Positions 48,064 through 58,174 of a DNA stretch of 64,000 bases are shown here, piece by piece. Position 1 is the first letter of the stretch. Every line of letters begins with the position of its first letter. Below the pieces are notes generated by a model. It saw nothing but the letters and a program-made list of their open reading frames with translations, was not told the DNA's origin and did not search any database. Position numbers and translations under genes: made by a program. Source of the stretch: an uncultured delta proteobacterium (GTDB lineage Bacteria > Myxococcota > Kuafuiibacteriia > Kuafuiibacteriales > Kuafuiibacteriaceae); NCBI GenBank assembly GCA_963803435.1, contig CAWDML010000001.1, positions 1,536,001-1,600,000 of the forward strand, given 5' to 3'.

Positions 48064-48077
48064 CAGCTAGACCCTTC

Positions 48078-49436
48078 TTAGCGGAGCCGATCGACCTCGG
48101 CCAGCGCGCGCTGAAGGTCGGGCCGCGGGCCGATGTGCTGTGACCTCGGCGCGCCCGGCGCGTCGGTCTGCGGCGAGCCGGTGCTCACCAGGATCCGGCG
48201 GACCTCCTCCGGCGCGAGAACGCGGCCCGTCGAGGCGCGGGCGGTGCTCTCCAGCAGGATCGCTGCTCCGGCCACCACCGGGGAGGCGCTCGACGTGCCT
48301 CCGAAGCTGTTCGTGTACTTCCGGGCGTTCGCGCCGCAGCTCTGGAGATCGCCGTAATCGAGCGTGGCGACCAGGAAGCCCCAGCCCTGAAGATCGACGC
48401 GGCTGCCGTAGTTGGAGAACGAGAGCCGCGATCGATCAGCGTACCCACCGCGCGCAGGTGCGCCGGCCCCGACGAGCAGCGCCCCCGAATCGCGCACCTT
48501 GCGGTCGAACTTTCCGCGATAGGCGGGATGATCGAGGTCCTCGTCGCCGTTGCCGGCCGCCGCCACCACCACGATGCCGCGAGCCGTCGCGATCTTCACC
48601 ACGTCGAAGACGTCGTCCCAGAACTCCATCGGAAGAAAGCGCCCGCGCGGGCCGATCGCGTGAAGCTCGATGAGGAGGACGTCGCCGGCCCGCAGCTTGG
48701 CCTGGGCGCGATCGATCGCCGGTGCGACTCCGATCCGGGCCAGGCTCGCCGTGTAGATCCGCTCGATGTCGGGGGCGATGCCGGCCATCCCGATGGCGTT
48801 GTCCTTCGCAGCCACCACGCCCACTACGGCGGTGCCGTGCGCCTCCCACCCGCGCTCGGTGAGCTTCTCCCCCGCGACGTGCTCCATCCGCACGCCGGGG
48901 AGATCCTCGTGCCTCTCGTTCCAGCCCCCCTCGACGTCGGCAAAGCGGATGCCCTGTCCTCTTCCGCCCGGACGCAGCCAGGCCGCCGGGGCGTTGATCC
49001 CCGCCGGCGCCTCCGCCAGGTAGAGCTGATACGGCGCGTACGACGGCGTCTGGATGGGACAGCCGCCGGGCGCGCTCGGCAGGCTCAAGGTCGCCGGCGC
49101 AATCAACGGCTCGAGGTACACGCTCTGGACCGCCGCGTCCTGCTCCATCGCCGCCAGCACCTCCGCGGCCTCGTGCGCCGGCACCACCACGCGCCACCAC
49201 TCGCTGAGATCCGGGAGCGCCGCATCACCGGAGCGCAGGCTGGCTTGCGCGCGGTCCGCGTCGAGGGCGGCCTGCGAACGATCGAAGAGCGGCCGGACGG
49301 TCGCCTCCGCGAAGATCGAGACGTCCGGTGCGCCCTGCCGCTTGACGTGGATGGCCCGGCGGAGCTCCCGGCCGCTGGGGAGGCACAGCAGGCTGGCGAA
49401 GAAGAGGGCGGCGAGGGTGAGGATCGGGCGGCGCAA
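48078..49436 (-). CDS. S8 (subtilisin-like) serine peptidase, secreted
   Basis: FADVEGG (Asp), HGTAVVG (His), AAAGNG, FSNYGSRVD, GGTSSASP (Ser). Confidence 0.92.
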   Translation of the reverse strand: MRRPILTLAALFFASLLCLPSGRELRRAIHVKRQGAPDVSIFAEATVRPLFDRSQAALDADRAQASLRSGDAALPDLSEWWRVVVPAHEAAEVLAAMEQDAAVQSVYLEPLIAPATLSLPSAPGGCPIQTPSYAPYQLYLAEAPAGINAPAAWLRPGGRGQGIRFADVEGGWNERHEDLPGVRMEHVAGEKLTERGWEAHGTAVVGVVAAKDNAIGMAGIAPDIERIYTASLARIGVAPAIDRAQAKLRAGDVLLIELHAIGPRGRFLPMEFWDDVFDVVKIATARGIVVVAAAGNGDEDLDHPAYRGKFDRKVRDSGALLVGAGAPARGGYADRSRLSFSNYGSRVDLQGWGFLVATLDYGDLQSCGANARKYTNSFGGTSSASPVVAGAAILLESTARASTGRVLAPEEVRRILVSTGSPQTDAPGAPRSQHIGPRPDLQRALAEVDRLR

Positions 49437-49473
49437 GCTCCAAGCTTACCTCCGCGGCATCTGCTATCAAATA

Positions 49474-49502
49474 TTGACAATAATTAACGGACAAGTTAAC
49501 TA
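49474..49502 (+). promoter_or_regulatory. Sigma-70-like promoter overlapped by a palindromic operator (probably ArsR)
   Basis: AT-rich island with TTGACA (49474-49479) and TTAAC-N6-GTTAA (49484-49499). ATG lies 8 nt further on with no SD, so the mRNA may be leaderless. Confidence 0.65.
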
Positions 49503-49509
49503 CCGGCCC

Positions 49510-49959
49510 ATGAAACCAACACCCCCGGGATGGCCCCGTATCTCCTCTTCGCTCTACTACGAGGACCCGAAGGCCGCGATCGCGTGGCTCGGCCGCGCGT
49601 TCGGGTTCGAGGTTCGACTGCTGGTCGAAGGCGACAACGGTACCGTCGAGCACTCCGAGCTCACGTTCGGCGACGGTCTGATCATGGTCAGCGGCCTGAA
49701 GCCCGACAAGTATTCCTACCGCAAGAGCCCCGCGCAGCTCGGCGGGAGCAACACCCAGAACATGATGGTGTACGTGGACGACGTGGAGGCGCACTGCCAG
49801 CGTGCGCGGGACGCCGGCGCGACCATCGTGACGGAGCCCGAGACCCACGACTACGGCGAGGACTACTGGGCCGACCGCGGCTACGAGTGTGTGGATGGCG
49901 GCGGACATCACTGGTGGTTCTTTCAACGCCTCCGCAACCCGGAGCCCAAACAGAAGTGA
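49510..49959 (+). CDS. VOC/glyoxalase family protein
   Basis: LYYEDPKAAIAWL..AFGF, HSELTFGDG, VYVDDVEAH...GA, DGGGHHWWF. Confidence 0.9.
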   Translation: MKPTPPGWPRISSSLYYEDPKAAIAWLGRAFGFEVRLLVEGDNGTVEHSELTFGDGLIMVSGLKPDKYSYRKSPAQLGGSNTQNMMVYVDDVEAHCQRARDAGATIVTEPETHDYGEDYWADRGYECVDGGGHHWWFFQRLRNPEPKQK

Positions 49960-50300
49960 GCGACCTCGATCGAACGTTGGCCGCGCTCGCGGATCCGACC
50001 CGGAGAGGCGTAGTCGATCTGCTGCGGAGAAAGCCCCGCCGCGCGGGCGAGCTGGCGGCCGCGATGGAGATGACACCGCCAGCGATGAGCCGGCACCTGC
50101 GCGTCCTCAGGAGGAGCGGCCTCGTCGAGGAGGGCGCTGAGACCGAGGACGCGCGGGTCCGGATCTATCGCCTGCGTGCCGAGCCGTTCGCTGCGCTGCG
50201 CGGGTGGATCGAGGAGGTCGAGACGTTCTGGAGCGAAGAGCTCGCGTCCTTCAAGGAGCACGCCGAGCGTACGCGCGGCCGCAAGAAGGTCGAACGATGA
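49956..50300 (+). CDS. ArsR/SmtB family transcriptional regulator
   Basis: ALADPTRRGVVDLL, AGELA, PPAMSRHLRVLRRSGLV, RIYRL. Confidence 0.92.
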   Translation: MSDLDRTLAALADPTRRGVVDLLRRKPRRAGELAAAMEMTPPAMSRHLRVLRRSGLVEEGAETEDARVRIYRLRAEPFAALRGWIEEVETFWSEELASFKEHAERTRGRKKVER

Positions 50301-50797
50301 CGGCGGCGCCGGCTGGCGACGCGGCACGGGTGAGCGTGTTCGTGCGGGTCGCGCCCGACGACGCCTTCGACGTGTTCACCCGCGAGATCGATCTCTGGTG
50401 GCGCACGGGTCCCAGGTATCGGATCGCGGGGAAGAAGCCCGGGCAGCTCTTCTTCGAGCCCAAGCTCGACGGCCGATTGTTCGAGACGGTCGAGCTGGGC
50501 GCCGGGCCGCGGACGTTCGAGGTCGGGCGCGTGACTCGCTGGGATCCGCCGTCGTCGATCGCGCTCGAGTGGCGGGGCGTGAACTTCAAGCCGGGCGAGA
50601 AGACCTTCGTCGAGGTCGCGTTCGAGCCGCAGGACGAAGGCACGCTCGTCACCGTCTTGCACCGAGGTTGGAGCGCGCTCCCCGAGGATCATCCGGCGCG
50701 CCACGGGCTCACCGGAGCTGACTTCAGCCGCATGATCGGGATGTGGTGGGGCGAGCTGATGACCTCGCTGCGCGAGCACGTCGCGTCGAGGAGCTGA
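50297..50797 (+). CDS. SRPBCC/AHSA1 domain protein
   Basis: AFDVFTREIDLWW, GRVTRWDPP, TFVEVAFE..GTLVTVLHRGW, W..L. Confidence 0.88.
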   Translation: MTAAPAGDAARVSVFVRVAPDDAFDVFTREIDLWWRTGPRYRIAGKKPGQLFFEPKLDGRLFETVELGAGPRTFEVGRVTRWDPPSSIALEWRGVNFKPGEKTFVEVAFEPQDEGTLVTVLHRGWSALPEDHPARHGLTGADFSRMIGMWWGELMTSLREHVASRS

Positions 50798-50800
50798 GGT

Positions 50801-51649
50801 TCAGTCGCAGCCCGCGGGCTTGCCGACGCTCAGGCTCGACTCCAGGAGCCATCCGCGCTGCCCGGTCGGGTTGAAGCCCGGCTGCGTGGTCCGCGTCAGC
50901 TCCACGAAGGCCCAGCCGTGGGCGTGGTAAAGCTGGCGCACGCGATCGCAGCGGAAGGTCCAGCGCTTCGACGTGGAGAGCGGCGCGTATCTCAGGTGGC
51001 TGTCGACGACGTTCACCCAGCGAAGCACGTCGGTCCGGCTGCCGCCGCAGTCATGGTCGCCATCGTACTGGCTATTGACCGCCCGGCTCCAGCACCCGCC
51101 TCGCTTCCTCGTCTTGGTCTCGCGACAGCAGGTGGGCTCGCAGCCGAAGTCGGGGTTGCGCGACACCTGAAAGTCGGCCGAGGCCGGTCCATCCTGGCAA
51201 GTCCGCTTGCAGTCGTCGCCATCGTAGACCAGGTCCTCGTCGCGCACCCATCCGGTCAGCGCGCCCTGCCCTGCGTAGCCCCAGCGATAGGCGTGACCGC
51301 CGTGCGAGAGCGGCGGCCGGAGCGGGGGCGAGTCGATGCAAGTCGGATTGCGCGTCGTCTGGAGGTTGAAGGTCTTGCCGGCCGCCAGCGTGCCGAGGAC
51401 ATGTCCCTCGCTCTGCATGATGCTGGTGGCGCGAATGGTCCGATACGGGACCCACCCCACGTTCACCGCGGCCTTGGTGTACGCATCCGAAAGGCCGCCG
51501 CACGTCGGAGTGGCCGCCCGATACCGCGACGCCGCGCTGCAGACCGCGAGCGCGCTCTCGGCCGAGGCCTCATCGGCGTCGTTGCTTTGCCCGCCCTCCA
51601 TCCCGCATCCAACCGAGAGGAGGAGCCCCGCGACGAGACCTGCCCGCAT
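50801..51649 (-). CDS. Cys-rich lipoprotein with two SH3b-like segments
   Basis: Lipobox SVGC; segments ending GWVRDEDL and HLRYAP...GWAFV...GWLLESSL. Confidence 0.6.
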   Translation of the reverse strand: MRAGLVAGLLLSVGCGMEGGQSNDADEASAESALAVCSAASRYRAATPTCGGLSDAYTKAAVNVGWVPYRTIRATSIMQSEGHVLGTLAAGKTFNLQTTRNPTCIDSPPLRPPLSHGGHAYRWGYAGQGALTGWVRDEDLVYDGDDCKRTCQDGPASADFQVSRNPDFGCEPTCCRETKTRKRGGCWSRAVNSQYDGDHDCGGSRTDVLRWVNVVDSHLRYAPLSTSKRWTFRCDRVRQLYHAHGWAFVELTRTTQPGFNPTGQRGWLLESSLSVGKPAGCD

Positions 51650-51714
51650 CCCCCAACGGGTACCAAGCCACGGGGCGGGCCAACATGGGTCGATGCTCGA
51701 TGTCGCCTGGAAAG

Positions 51715-54700
51715 CTACGCGCTCAGCTCCTCCAGGACGCGCCGCAGGTTGAGCAGATCGACCGGCTTCACCAGATGCCGATCGAACCCGGCCGCCGCCG
51801 CCCGTGCCCGATCTTTCTCCTGGCCATACCCGGTCACGGCCACCAGTCGAAACGCGCCCGGCTCGCTCCGGTGCTCCCGCAGCCGCTCGGCGAGCTCGTA
51901 GCCGTCCATCACCGGCAGCCCGATGTCGAGGAGGGCGATGTCCGGCCCGAAGGCCGCCGCCCTCTCCAGCGCCGAAGGTCCGTCGTACGCGACCTCGACC
52001 TCGTACCCGAGGCGTCCGAGCGCATGACCGAGCGTGTCGGCCAGATCGCAGTTGTCGTCGACGACGAGGACCCTCCTCCGGACCGCCACCGGTGCGACCT
52101 CGACGCTGTGCTCCGGCGTCTCGACGATCGCGCTGCCCTCTTTGACGAGCGACATCTCCACGATGAACTCGCTCCCACGGCCCGGTCCATCGCTGTGCGC
52201 CAGCACCCTGCCACCGTGGAGCTGCACCAGGCTGCGCACGATCGCGAGCCCCAGCCCCAGGCCCCCGATCGAGCGATCCATGGGCTGCGGCTGCTGGACG
52301 AACGGCTCGAAGATGCGCTCCAGCAGATCGGGAGGAATGCCAACGCCGTCGTCCCGGACTCGGAGGCGAACCTGTCCGCCTCTTCGCTCGGCCCGCACCT
52401 CGATCCCCGAACCGGGATGGCTATATCGAGAGGCGTTCGTGAGCAGGTTGGAGATCACCTGCGCGAAGCGATCCGGATCCGCCTCGATCGTCAGGGACGC
52501 GGGGACGGCGACCTGAACGCGCTGGCTCCGATGCTCGAGCATCGGGCTGACCGTCTCGAGGGCGCGTGCGACCAGGCTCCGGAGCTCGACCCGCTCTTTC
52601 CGGACCTCGATCGTCCCCCGCGTGATGCGGGAGATGTCGAGCAGGTCGTCCACCAGACGGGCGAGGTGGCACACCTGCCGCTCGATCACTTCCTGCTCGC
52701 GAGACTCGAGTCCGCGCAGACGCATGAGCTCGAGCGCCGTGATGATGGGCGACAGGGGATTTCTGAGCTCGTGTCCGAGCATGGCCAGGAACTCGTCCTT
52801 GGATCGATTCGCCGCGACGGCCTCGGACCGCGCGACCTGCGCTGAGGCCAGGAGCTGCTCCCGCTGCTGTCGCGCCACCACTTGATCGGTGACCTCGATG
52901 CTGACGCGCAGGATGCCGCGCACCTGATCGTCCTGATCCCTGACGGGCTGCAGGATAGAGTTGAAGTAGCGCGGCGGGTCCGCGCGGGTCGGATCTCGGA
53001 GCTCGAGCGCGTGCTCGTCGAGAGAGACGGTCTCGCCGGTTCGATACACGTGGTCGATCCGCTCGAGATCCTCCTCCGGCCAGCACTCCAGCTCCCGGAC
53101 CTCCGCGCCCGTCAGATCCCGGCCCACCAAGCGGCGGTGGGCCTCGTTGACGAACGAGAACCGATGCGCGGGCCCCACCCAGATCGAGATCGGGAGCGGC
53201 AGCTGCTCGAGGAGCGCCAGCAGCTCGCGCCACTCCTGGTCGGCCTTGGCCTTCGAGCGTCCCAGCCGAAGCTGTGTCTCGACCCGCGCCAGCGCCTCCC
53301 GGCTCGAGAACGGCTTGACGAGACAATCGTTGGCGCCTGCCGCCATCCCCTTCATCCGAGACTCTTCTCTCGCAGACGCCGATAGCAGGATCACCGGGAG
53401 CGATCGCGTCTCGAGTTTGGATCGCAGCGACCGCAGGAGAGCCAGGCCGCAGTCCGCCACGAGCAGATCGAAGTTGCGTCGCGCCAGCGCCTCCATGACG
53501 CCTGCCGTATCCGAGACCGTCTCGACGTTCCATCGCTGGCCGAGCAGCCGCGCCAGGTACTCGCGCATGTCGGCGTTGTCGTCCGCGACCAGGATGTGTC
53601 CGGCGGAGACGCCCTGCTCCAAGGGCATCGGCCCTTCCCGGTGCGACCAATGGGCCGCTTCGTCGAGGTACGGTCTCGCGTTGGCGAGCGGCGAGGCGGC
53701 GGTGCGCCAGTACCCGACCCGACCCGCGGGGAGATGCGCGGTCCCGAACCGGAGCAACACCGTGAAGGTGGTGCCCTTATCGACTTCGCTCTTCACGGAA
53801 ACCTCGCCGCCATGGATCTCGACGAGCTTCTTGACCAGCGCCAGGCCGATCCCGAGCCCCTCCGCGGAGCGGGCCCGCCCCCGCGAAACATGGTGGAAAT
53901 GACCGAACACGCGCGGGAGATCCTTCGCCTTGATTCCGACGCCGGTGTCACGGACCGAGAGCTGCACCAGATCGCCCCTCGCACGAAGCGAAACGTCGAT
54001 CCGCCCCTCGAGCGTGAACTTCAGGGCGTTCGAGAGGAGATTGAGCACGATCTTCTCCCACATCTCCTGGTCGACGTAGACGCACTCGGGGAGCGGATCG
54101 CAGTGGACCGCGAGCTCGAGGCCCGCCGCTTCCATCGGTCCGCCAAACATGCTGGCGAGCTCCACGGTGAGCGCTGCCAGGTCGGTCGCCTGGAACCAGG
54201 CCACGGGCCGCCCCGTCTCGAGGCTCGAGAAGTCGTGGAGCTCGTCGACCAGCCGGAGGAGACGAGCGACGTTGCGCTGTGCCACCTTCAGAGCGAAACC
54301 GCCCATCGCCCCTTCAGGGCTCGAGAGTGCCTGGTCGATCGGGTCCTGCAAGAGCGACAGCGGCATCCGCAGCTCACGGCCCACGTCGCCGAGGAAGCCG
54401 GTCCTCGCGCGATCCAGCTGCGCGAGCCTTTCTGCACACCGACGGTCCTCGTCGCGAGCAAGCGCCGCGCTCGCCGACCTCGAGAGCGTCTCGGCGAGCC
54501 GCTCGTAGAACTGCCGGTAGCGTCCGTCTAACTTCAAGAGGGCGCTGACCCCCGCGACGACGATCGCAACCGGCCGCTCCGCGGCACGGATCGGTAGCGC
54601 CATCCCCGGCTCGGGATCCGCGATCAGCACGGCCTGCCGCGTGTTGAGCGCTTCGAAGAGCACCGCGCTGCTCTCTCGACCCACCAGGGCGTCGAGGGCG

Positions 54701-55272
54701 TGCACGTGAAGGAACGGCACGTCCGGTCGCTCCCCGAAGAGCCGGCCGGTGAGCGCGAAGACCTCGTCGATCGTCTTCGCCTGTCCGGTCTCGAGCGCGA
54801 GATCGCGAAGCAGCAGCGACCGGCGTTCGGCCAGCACTCGGTCCGTCGTGTCGCTCGCGAGTTGAAAGACCCCGCAGACTGTGTCCGAGTCGTCGCGGAT
54901 CGGGCTGAACGAGAAGGAGTAGAAGGTCTCCTTCGCCTGACCGTCCTCGTCGAGGAGGAACCGCTGATCGTCGACCTGCGTCGACGCCCCGGCGAAGGCC
55001 CGGCTGGCCGCGGCATCCAGCAGCACCGATACAGAAGCCCAAGCACCCGCCGTGCGGAGCCGCCCGAAGCCTTCATTGTCGACTCGAAAGCGCTCCGGTC
55101 CCCACACCACCGCCATCGGAAGGTCGGCAGCAAAACACAGGTCCGCCGCGGCCCGCAGGCGGTCAGGCCACGACGCCTCGGAGCGGAGCGGGCTCGGCTC
55201 TTCCCGGAATCTCTGCACCAGCTCGTTCACGGAGGCGAACTCCGAGCCGACAGGGTCGTCGCGCCCCACCAA
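51715..55272 (-). CDS. Double hybrid sensor kinase (PAS/GAF-HisKA*-HATPase-REC-PAS-HisKA-HATPase-REC)
   Basis: Two N/G box sets (NLLSNALKFT, NLLTNASRYS); second H-box LGHELRNPL; terminal REC VVDDN...LLDIGLPVMDG...HLVKP. Confidence 0.92.
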   Translation of the reverse strand: MVGRDDPVGSEFASVNELVQRFREEPSPLRSEASWPDRLRAAADLCFAADLPMAVVWGPERFRVDNEGFGRLRTAGAWASVSVLLDAAASRAFAGASTQVDDQRFLLDEDGQAKETFYSFSFSPIRDDSDTVCGVFQLASDTTDRVLAERRSLLLRDLALETGQAKTIDEVFALTGRLFGERPDVPFLHVHALDALVGRESSAVLFEALNTRQAVLIADPEPGMALPIRAAERPVAIVVAGVSALLKLDGRYRQFYERLAETLSRSASAALARDEDRRCAERLAQLDRARTGFLGDVGRELRMPLSLLQDPIDQALSSPEGAMGGFALKVAQRNVARLLRLVDELHDFSSLETGRPVAWFQATDLAALTVELASMFGGPMEAAGLELAVHCDPLPECVYVDQEMWEKIVLNLLSNALKFTLEGRIDVSLRARGDLVQLSVRDTGVGIKAKDLPRVFGHFHHVSRGRARSAEGLGIGLALVKKLVEIHGGEVSVKSEVDKGTTFTVLLRFGTAHLPAGRVGYWRTAASPLANARPYLDEAAHWSHREGPMPLEQGVSAGHILVADDNADMREYLARLLGQRWNVETVSDTAGVMEALARRNFDLLVADCGLALLRSLRSKLETRSLPVILLSASAREESRMKGMAAGANDCLVKPFSSREALARVETQLRLGRSKAKADQEWRELLALLEQLPLPISIWVGPAHRFSFVNEAHRRLVGRDLTGAEVRELECWPEEDLERIDHVYRTGETVSLDEHALELRDPTRADPPRYFNSILQPVRDQDDQVRGILRVSIEVTDQVVARQQREQLLASAQVARSEAVAANRSKDEFLAMLGHELRNPLSPIITALELMRLRGLESREQEVIERQVCHLARLVDDLLDISRITRGTIEVRKERVELRSLVARALETVSPMLEHRSQRVQVAVPASLTIEADPDRFAQVISNLLTNASRYSHPGSGIEVRAERRGGQVRLRVRDDGVGIPPDLLERIFEPFVQQPQPMDRSIGGLGLGLAIVRSLVQLHGGRVLAHSDGPGRGSEFIVEMSLVKEGSAIVETPEHSVEVAPVAVRRRVLVVDDNCDLADTLGHALGRLGYEVEVAYDGPSALERAAAFGPDIALLDIGLPVMDGYELAERLREHRSEPGAFRLVAVTGYGQEKDRARAAAAGFDRHLVKPVDLLNLRRVLEELSA

Positions 55273-55352
55273 AAGATCAACGAAGTCCTTTGCCGCGGCA
55301 GAACGCTACGACCGGCGCGAAGGACGAACGACCGGCGTGGAGCATGCGGGCC

Positions 55353-58174
55353 TCAGAGTCGAGTGATCGCTCCGATGACGACGCGGACATCCCCGTCTTC
55401 GCCCAGGATCGGCTCGACGTAGACGTCACAGGTGAGCGTCCCTGATTCGAGCTCGAGGTCGAGACGTTCGCGCATGGAATGGATGTCGCGAAGCGCGCGC
55501 GTCTTGAGGTCGGTGAGCTGCCCCGCCGCAGCTCTCGGAAGGATCTCGGCGTCGGTCCGTTTGATCACGTCCTCTGCACGGTGCCCGAACAGGTCTCCGC
55601 TCACCCACTCGTATTGAAGGTCCGATGTGAGTGTAAAGATCGTCGTCCGAGAGTTCATGATCCCGCGCAGGATCCGCTCCTGGGTCGCCTGCAGGGTCTT
55701 GATCATCGTCGTCTCGACGAACGTGAGCACCACGCCGTCGATGACGTTCTCGGTGGTTCGGTAGGGGAGGATCCGCATGATGAACCACTCGTCGTTGACG
55801 TTCCGGACCTCGACCTCCTTGGATACGAGGGTCCGAAGCACGTCCTGGGCGTCGGCCACCAGCCGCTTGTACTCGAGCTTGGTGACCAGAATCCTGGAGC
55901 GGGCGCCCGACGTCGGAGGGGATCAGGCTGATCACCCGCTTCGCCCGCTCGGTGTACCGCTTGATGCAGAGACAGCCGTCGAGGAAGACGGTGGCGATGT
56001 CGGTCGCATTGAGGAGGTTCTTCATGTCGTCGTTGATTCGCGAGAGCTCTTCCAGCTTGGTCTCCAGCTCGCTATTGACGGTCTGTAGCTCCTCGTTGAG
56101 CGACTGCATCTCCTCCTTCGACGTCTCGAGCTCCTCGTTCGTAGACTGGAGCTCCTCATTCGTCGACTGAAGCTCCTCGTTCGTCGACTTCAGCTCCTCG
56201 TTCGTCGTTCCGAGCTCCTCGATGGCGTTCTGGTGATACTCGCGCATCCGTAGCAGCTCGCGCTCGAGGGCTGCCGCTCGCTCGTCCTCCGCTCCGGATG
56301 AAGCGGGTGCGTCCGCCTCGCTCTTCGGGGCGCGGGGGCGGTCGAACGAGAGCAGGAAGAGACCGCGGAGCCCCGGGGGATCGACCACACGGCGCACGAT
56401 CATGTCGCACTCGAATCCAGTGCCCGTTCGACTTCACGCGAACGCCTTCGCGTATGACGTCGCTGCCATCCGCGCTCGCTCGGCGAAGGGCGGCGGTGAG
56501 GTCGAGCTGCAGGTTGTCGCGCAGCATGTTGTAGATGTTGACCTGCACCTGGGAGCCGGGGGCCGGCTCGAGGAACTGGCCGGTCCGCCCGTGGATGTGG
56601 AGCACATCGCCGCGTTCGTTGAGCAGGACCAAGGGCGGCACCAGCTCCTCCAGGAGGAGCCGCTCCACCAGCTTGCCGATGCGGTTGTCCTCCGACTTGG
56701 CGGCCCGGGACACGGTTCCGCGACTGCGGGCGTCCGGCTGCGGAACCGCAGGAAGCTCGGAGAAATACTCGTTGGTGCCCGTGTTCTTCCGCTTGAACAG
56801 CTTCCACTTCTTGTCGATGACCTGGAAAAGCTGAGCCTGGCCGCTGATCGACTCGGACGACCCCAAGAACAGGACGCCGCCCGGGCGGAGGGCGTAGTGG
56901 AACATCGGAATGAGCCGCTGCTGGAGCGGGCCCTCGAGATAGATGAGCAGATTGCGGCAGGAGAGGAGGTCGATCTTGGTGAACGGGGGATCCTCGAGGA
57001 GATTCTGAGGCGCGAACATCAGCCGCTCCCGGACCTCCTTGCGTATCCGGAAACAGTCGTCCTCCCGAGTGAAGTTGCGCTCCAGGCGCTGCGGGGAGAG
57101 GTCGGCGGCGATGCTCGCGGAGTAGAGGCCGGAGCGCGCGACGTCGATCGCGGACGCATCGAGGTCGGTGGCGAAGACCTGGAACGGGAGATGGCGCCGC
57201 TCTCGGTCCATCACCTCCCGCAGGACGATGGCGAGCGAGTAGGCCTCTTCGCCCGTGGAGCAACCCGGGACCCAGACCCGCAGGAGGTGGTCGTCCGACC
57301 GGCTCGCGAGCAGCTCGGGGAGCACCTGCGACTCGAGCAGCGCGAAGGCGTCGGGGTCGCGAAAGAAGGCCGTCACCCCGATCAGCAGCTGCCTGAAGAG
57401 CAGATCGACCTCGGCCGGCTGGTCGCGCATCAATGACAGATACTCGCGGATACTCGACTGCTGGTGGACGACCATACGTCTCTCGATGCGGCGAAGGAGG
57501 GTGGTACGCTTGTACTCGGTGAAGTCGTGACCGGTGCGCGCTCTCAGGATCGAGAAGAGCTGCTTCAACACGTCCGCGGGCGTATCGGCCTCGAGCGTGT
57601 GATCGACCGTCCCGGCGCCGGAGACATAGGCCATCAGCTGCTCAGGTAGCTGCTCGACGGGCAGGACATAGTCGACGACCTCCGTCCGGATTGCGCTCTC
57701 CGGCATCCCGGGAAAGCGCGCAGACTCCTGGGCCATCACCATGCCGCCGGCGCCCTTGATCTCCTTGAGCCCCAGCGTTCCGTCGCTTCCGGTGCCCGAG
57801 AGCACGACCGCGATCGAGCGATCCTTCCTGTCGGCCGCGAGCGACCGGAACAAGAGGTCGATCGGGAGCCGCTCGTTCTGCGGATCATCGACCGGGTGCA
57901 GGAAGCCATCGTCGACGCGCAGGCGCTTGCCCAACGAGGAAAAATACACGTGATCGGGCAACACCTCGACCGCGTCGTCGACGACGACCGTCGGCATTCG
58001 GACGTGGGGCGCGAGCAGCTCGGGGAGCAGGCTCCGCCGGTCGCGGAGGGTATGCGTGACGACGATGAAGGCCATGCCGGTGTTCTCGGGCAGATGAGCG
58101 AAGAACGTCTGAAGCGCCTCCAGACCACCCGCCGAGGCACCGACACCGACGATCGCGAAGTCTCGAGCGCCCAC
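55353..58174 (-). CDS. CheB methylesterase-CheR methyltransferase-PAS fusion; +1 frameshifts at ~56408 and ~55890
   Basis: CheB GVGASAGG, VTH, LSGTGSDG; CheR IGVTAFFRD, WVPGCSTGEEAYS, SCRNLLIY; heptad NEELQS repeats; PAS_10 IATVFLD...SDVGRPL...RILPYRT. Confidence 0.9.

Larger units (their letters stand above)
46189..48066 (+). mobile_element. IS110-family element, IS1111-like (subterminal IRs, right-end non-coding region)
   Basis: 13-bp inverted repeats; IS110 transposase; AG dinucleotide at both junctions (46187-46188 and 48065-48066); TTGACA just inside the right end; inserted at the stop codon of the upstream gene. Exact ends are inferred. Confidence 0.85.

Noticed and set aside
56090-56215. 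Near-tandem 21-bp DNA repeats (AGCTCCTCGTTCGT...)
   Set aside because: They encode the NEELQST coiled-coil heptads typical of CheB/CheR fusions; not a CRISPR or non-coding array.
55353-58174. CheB/CheR as a true pseudogene
   Set aside because: All motifs are intact with no in-frame stops after two single-base corrections; more likely assembly error, though not provable without reads.
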